Source: the human T2T-CHM13v2.0 reference genome, Homo sapiens | Direction: 5' to 3' (one strand) | DNA: 64,000 nt | NCBI RefSeq assembly: GCF_009914755.1 | Contig: NC_060930.1 | In this document: positions 58,621 to 64,000 of the stretch, piece after piece | How positions within the stretch are numbered: the first letter of the stretch is position 1 | How the letters are laid out: each line of letters starts with the position of its first letter | Program-made: the position numbers and the translations under genes | Notes under the pieces: generated by a model | The model's database searches: none | Told to the model about the DNA's origin: nothing | The model's input: the letters and a program-made list of their open reading frames with translations, nothing else

Positions 58621-59220
58621 TGAATTCCTTTAAGTAGATGAGGAAGTGAAACCCCGGAAGAGTACAGTGTCATGCCCAAAGCTATATTATTAGTGGACCA
58701 GGAAGCGAGGAGGGGCCCAAGCATCCCTGATTCTCAGCCTTGACTCCTTTCACTCAGCGTTGGCCTTTCTCTATCTGGATTCCCAGTGTTCATATTCTGT
58801 TTCTACCAACACAGTTCTCCTTTTCTCTTCCTCTGTACTCAAAATAAAGTCTCTCTTGTTTTTTATAAATCTTAAATTTTAAAAAAGAAGCTTGGATCAC
58901 ATTATTATTTTGGAAGTGCAGAGATTGGATATTTTTTCCGTCCAGCTCTATTTTGGTCTTGTTACCATTTTCAGTGTTTTCTGTGCTGAGTTGCTTCACC
59001 ACCTTGATGCTGCCACAAATGATGAGGATGGTTGTAGTATAGAGAATAAAGGTGGAGATTCTTGCACATCATTTCTTGAATCCATGTATAGGCATCTTTG
59101 GCTTGCAGCCCATCTGAGTGCTGTATTCAGCCTACTAGCTCTGGTTGCTCTGGTGCTAAACATATTCCCAGCGCCTTTGGGACTTAACTCACTACAGGCA
59201 AGAAGCTGTCAGTGCACTGA

Positions 59221-59642
<422 letters not shown>

Positions 59643-59789
59643 ATAAGCCTTTTGAAAGCTGTACTTTTGAAATGTATGTGGGATGTAGTATTTAAGAAGA
59701 TTAGGAAACAGCAAAATGTGTAGATTTTTGTTGATCATTGAACCGCCTAGACATTCTCTTCTTTCAGTGTCCATTTACGTATGTATGTA

Positions 59790-60080
59790 TTATGTATTTA
59801 GAGACAGTGTCTTGCTCTGTTGCTCAGGCTGGAGTACAGTGGCACTATCACAGCTCCCTGGAACCTCGAACTGGGTTCACAACCTCCCATTTCAGCCTCC
59901 CAAATAGCTAGGATTACAAGTGTGTACTACCATGCCTGGCTAATTAAAAAAAAAAAAAATTGTAGAGATGTGCTCTCACTGTGTTGCCCAGGCTGATCTT
60001 AAACTCCTAGCCTCAAGCAGTCCTTCCATCTTGGCCTCTCAAAGTGCTGGGATTACAGGCATGAGCCACCATACATGGCC
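59790..60080 (-). mobile_element. AluJ
   Basis: TSD CTTTCAGTGTC. Confidence 0.9.
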
Positions 60081-60084
60081 TTTC

Positions 60085-60455
60085 AGTGTCTTTGAACTAG
60101 CTATTCCCTCTGCCTGGAAAACTTTCCTAAGATTTCCATGCAGTTTGGGGCACTTCCTCACCTTCTTCAAATCTCTGTACAATGTTACCTTTTTTCTGTG
60201 TCTGTGCCTGACATTTAAAATTGTAACACCTCACCCTCACCCCATTCTGCTTTATTTTTCTCCATCACACTTTGATCAGCTTTGAACATGCCCCTATGTC
60301 TTCGTTATGTATCTATGCATTGTTTTCTCTTTCCTAGAATGTAAACCTCCTGAAGGCAGGGATTTTTGCCTATTTTGCTCACTGCTGTATATCCAACCTT
60401 TTAGAATAGTGCCTGGCACATACTAGATCTCATTATACATTATACAAGTAAATGA
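60085..60455 (+). mobile_element. L2 3' end
   Basis: CTAGAATGTAAACCTCCTGAAGGCAGGG...TAGAATAGTGCCTGGCACATA. Confidence 0.8.
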
Positions 60456-61483
60456 AAGTTTTCAAGATTAAAGATTTGTATGAATTAAGTTAAGTAACAG
60501 CACCCTCTTACAGGACACAAGAGAATAATCATGTCTGTACAGGTTGGCCCCTGGTAAGATGCTCATTTAAAAATGGTTGTGTCAGTTTAATATAAGTGTG
60601 TTCTTTTCTTGCCTACTTAAAATGTATTTCTAACTATGACTTTTCTTTTGGAAAATGATTGACTTTGGGGGAGCTCTTTCAGAGGTAAAGGAAGTTAACT
60701 AGCAGATCTAGGTAACTGAACCTTGTGTACTATTCTAGAAATGTTTATACTTCTGCCAAATTGAAGCATGAGTTCAGTGTTTGCATAACCACCTGTGCAG
60801 TTACTCATAGTAGCATTCCAGTATGCATTTGCTGAACTATACTCTTCAATTTTGCAATAAAAGTATTTTCACATGTTGGCTGCTACTGTGAAAATTGGTT
60901 TCTCTCAAATGTTCGGAAAGCTTGTGCTGCAGTTTTGATGTGGGGGGTGTGGTTTAGTGCTGCATAACATTTACTTTTTTGGTGGAAGGGGGATCTGTGA
61001 TGTAAACTTTTGGTTTCAATTTCTCTATTTGGAGCTCTTTTTGTTAGTGCTAAGAATTCTGAGGGTATCCCTATAGATGCTGGTTAAAAAACAAACAAAG
61101 CAATGTTGTCATTGACAGTTTGGTCAAGTGGGATGTAAGCTGCTGAGTGGGGTGAAGACCTGGTCTCCTTGGGGCTGATTTGGGGTTTGGGAGTGGTTTG
61201 GAGGGTGGCTGCCATTGAGGAGCAGGAAGTGTGGGGGTTGCTGCTGTGTCTGGAAGGACCTCCTATGGGAGAGCTAGCAAACCAACATCACCAGTGCCCC
61301 CAGAACACTCAGCTGTGTGTGATGTGGCTGTGTGTGCCCTTGCTGGTACTCAGTCCTGTTAAGGCTTGAAGAGGAAGGTAAGGAGGGTAAGACTTGGAGA
61401 GGGAAGAGTTAAGGAGGGAGAATATTAATGCAGTAAGGAAGTAATTCATATTTTGAGACAGGTTCCCATGTGTGAACACTTGA

Positions 61484-61843
<360 letters not shown>

Positions 61844-64000
61844 GCATTCAGACCTTTCCACGTCAGCTGAACTATCAGTAAAATTCTGAGCACAACTCTG
61901 AGAGAAATTCAGAGTTCAAATCAGTTGGTATGCCAGAAGCAGAGAACCCTGATCCTTACTGGAGTTGACTAGGACACCTTCTCTTTATTAGTTAAAGGTA
62001 TGGCTAAATTTAAATAACTAATAGAGGTCAGACACGACTTACTTAGTTTCTGAGAGTAGTTGTTAACTGTCCTTTTCCCAAGGGAAATAAGCTAAGCTGA
62101 ATTACTTAAACCACACTTTTTCCGTTTCTTAAAATGATTTCCATTTCCCTGCCCTAGGAAAAGTAGGCGGCTGCAGAGAGGTTGTGACAGAATTATAAAG
62201 CTATTTGAGTTAAATTAGCCCAGTACATCACTCTTAGAGCACATTGAACAGACAGCTAACACCTCCTGATAAGCACCAGCTACATACAGATCAATGTTTT
62301 CAAATGAAACCAAAGACATACATTCAATTTAGGGAGACAAAACAGACATTACTCAGGAATCTCATAGAACCCCAGATGATTATGATATAACCAATAACAT
62401 AAGACCCACCTGATTGGCAGTTCTGTGAATCACCCTAAAATCTCTACTAAAATGGTTAAGTCCTGTACTCTTTACTCTGGAGTCCTCTTGTCTACCTTTC
62501 AGAAATGGTTGAAATATTTAGATGTGGAATTAATGAGATTTTACATGTCTACACTCTTGCTTTATATATTTTAATGTGATAAATGGCCTCATGTATGTAT
62601 ATTCTTCCTTGTCCCAGACTCATGTTTTTTGAGTAAAATCTTTAATTGGTCAAAATGTGTTGTATTGATCAGTATGTTATATAGAATGATGTACTTATTG
62701 ATTTACTGTAAATAATTACAGTGGAGCAATTCTGTTAGGAGGGTTCGTTTTTGCCATTTTAGCAAGGAAAATTTGCCAGTTATTTTGGCTGAATTTAAAA
62801 CCCCTTACATGATTAGATCACATGTCTATTTCTGCTGTAATAGAGGAGTGTAAGTAACTAAGTTTATCTGAACTTTTAGGAGTCTCCTTTTAGGCTCAAA
62901 TTAGTTAGTCTGGTGTCTATACAGGGCCTTTGTTAAAGACTGGATTTAAATATTGGGTGGATCTGTCTTGGATCCTGTTCTAGGGAACGCTTCTTGGAAG
63001 TCCCAGACGGGGAACTCATCATAACCTGGTTTTACCCCGTAGCATGGCCCTGTGCCATCGACACCATTAGAGCAAGGCTCAGTGTCTCGAGCTTTAGTTT
63101 AATTCTCAACCCATTGATCGCTCTTGCAGTCAGCTTAACAGTTGAATGCAATGCTGTATTTTGTTTTTTTTTTTTTAAAGCTAGTCCAGAAATTACCACA
63201 GCTGCTTCTCAGTTAATCAGATGCTTAAGACTCCCGTTTCCACATTGCTTGGCTGCTACATTTTTATAACACCACAGCTGTCTGGATCTAGCTTGTGCCC
63301 CTCGCCCCCCTTACCCCTTTCCATCTGCCACCTCTCACCACTTCCTCACTTGCTATGTATCGAGGTGGCAAATTCCCAAGTAAACTGCTGACTTTCCTCC
63401 CCTGCAGGAAGGCTGGGCCTTTGGTTCACAGTAGCCTCTTTCACCAGAACTCTCGTAGGCTAGGAACCAACCCTGGAGTACTGCTGCTCTCAGAAGTGCC
63501 CACATTTGCCTCTGGAGCTTGCTTTGTGTGTTTGGGTGTTGAATTTTCCCCTTGACTTGGAAACTTTTGTGAAGAAACTGAAAGGTGCTTTCAGATTAAG
63601 CAGCTGTGGCTCCCCCTTCCAGCCACGCTCTTTGTTTTTAAAGCTCAAAGTCTTATTTGAAGTGAGGAGAGAAGGTAGGTAGGTTGCAGTCCAGGTTTTT
63701 CTGTTTGTGAATGACGTTGCTTACCTTGGCTGATTCCTTTTCCTAATGACGGTGCTTCTACTCTTGGCCTTTTGCCATGTGTGTACCATCCACTGGGAGC
63801 TGTTTTCCCTTGTCCTTTAAAGCGTATCCGACTCTATCTCCAGTGCTCTTCTAGCAAGCTGTTACAGTAAGCATAAAAACAAGCGCATTAAACTAGGAAT
63901 AAAATGCCAAGTTTCTGTCTCCTTGCCAACCTCATTAGAAAACAGTGATAAAGTATGTATGCATATAATTACAGTAATTAAACATTTGAAACCAGCTCAA

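Overview
Human genomic DNA: a repeat-dense non-coding window, and an AluYb8 at 49836-50139 points to human specifically. I find no credible protein-coding exon. The listed ORFs are Alu/L1/L2 translations or chance ORFs. The T-rich + strand and the antisense bias of L1 and Alu copies suggest one large intron of a gene transcribed on +; I cannot name the gene. Contents: about 37 Alu/FLAM copies, L1M and L2 remnants (one ~3 kb L2), MIRs, hAT-Charlie MITEs (MER1B, MER5A, MER20, MER30, MER33), a MER6 Tc1/mariner-type element, MaLR LTRs and a Y1 RNA pseudogene. The most striking pattern is a set of Alus carrying locally templated insertions. One is a two-donor patchwork copied from 1.7 kb upstream and 1.3 kb downstream; two are fold-back inverted copies. 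These, plus several deletions and micro-duplications, all fall in or across the same Alu TGTA(A/G)TCCCAGC core. Repeat family calls come from recalled consensus sequences, and boundaries of old elements are approximate.
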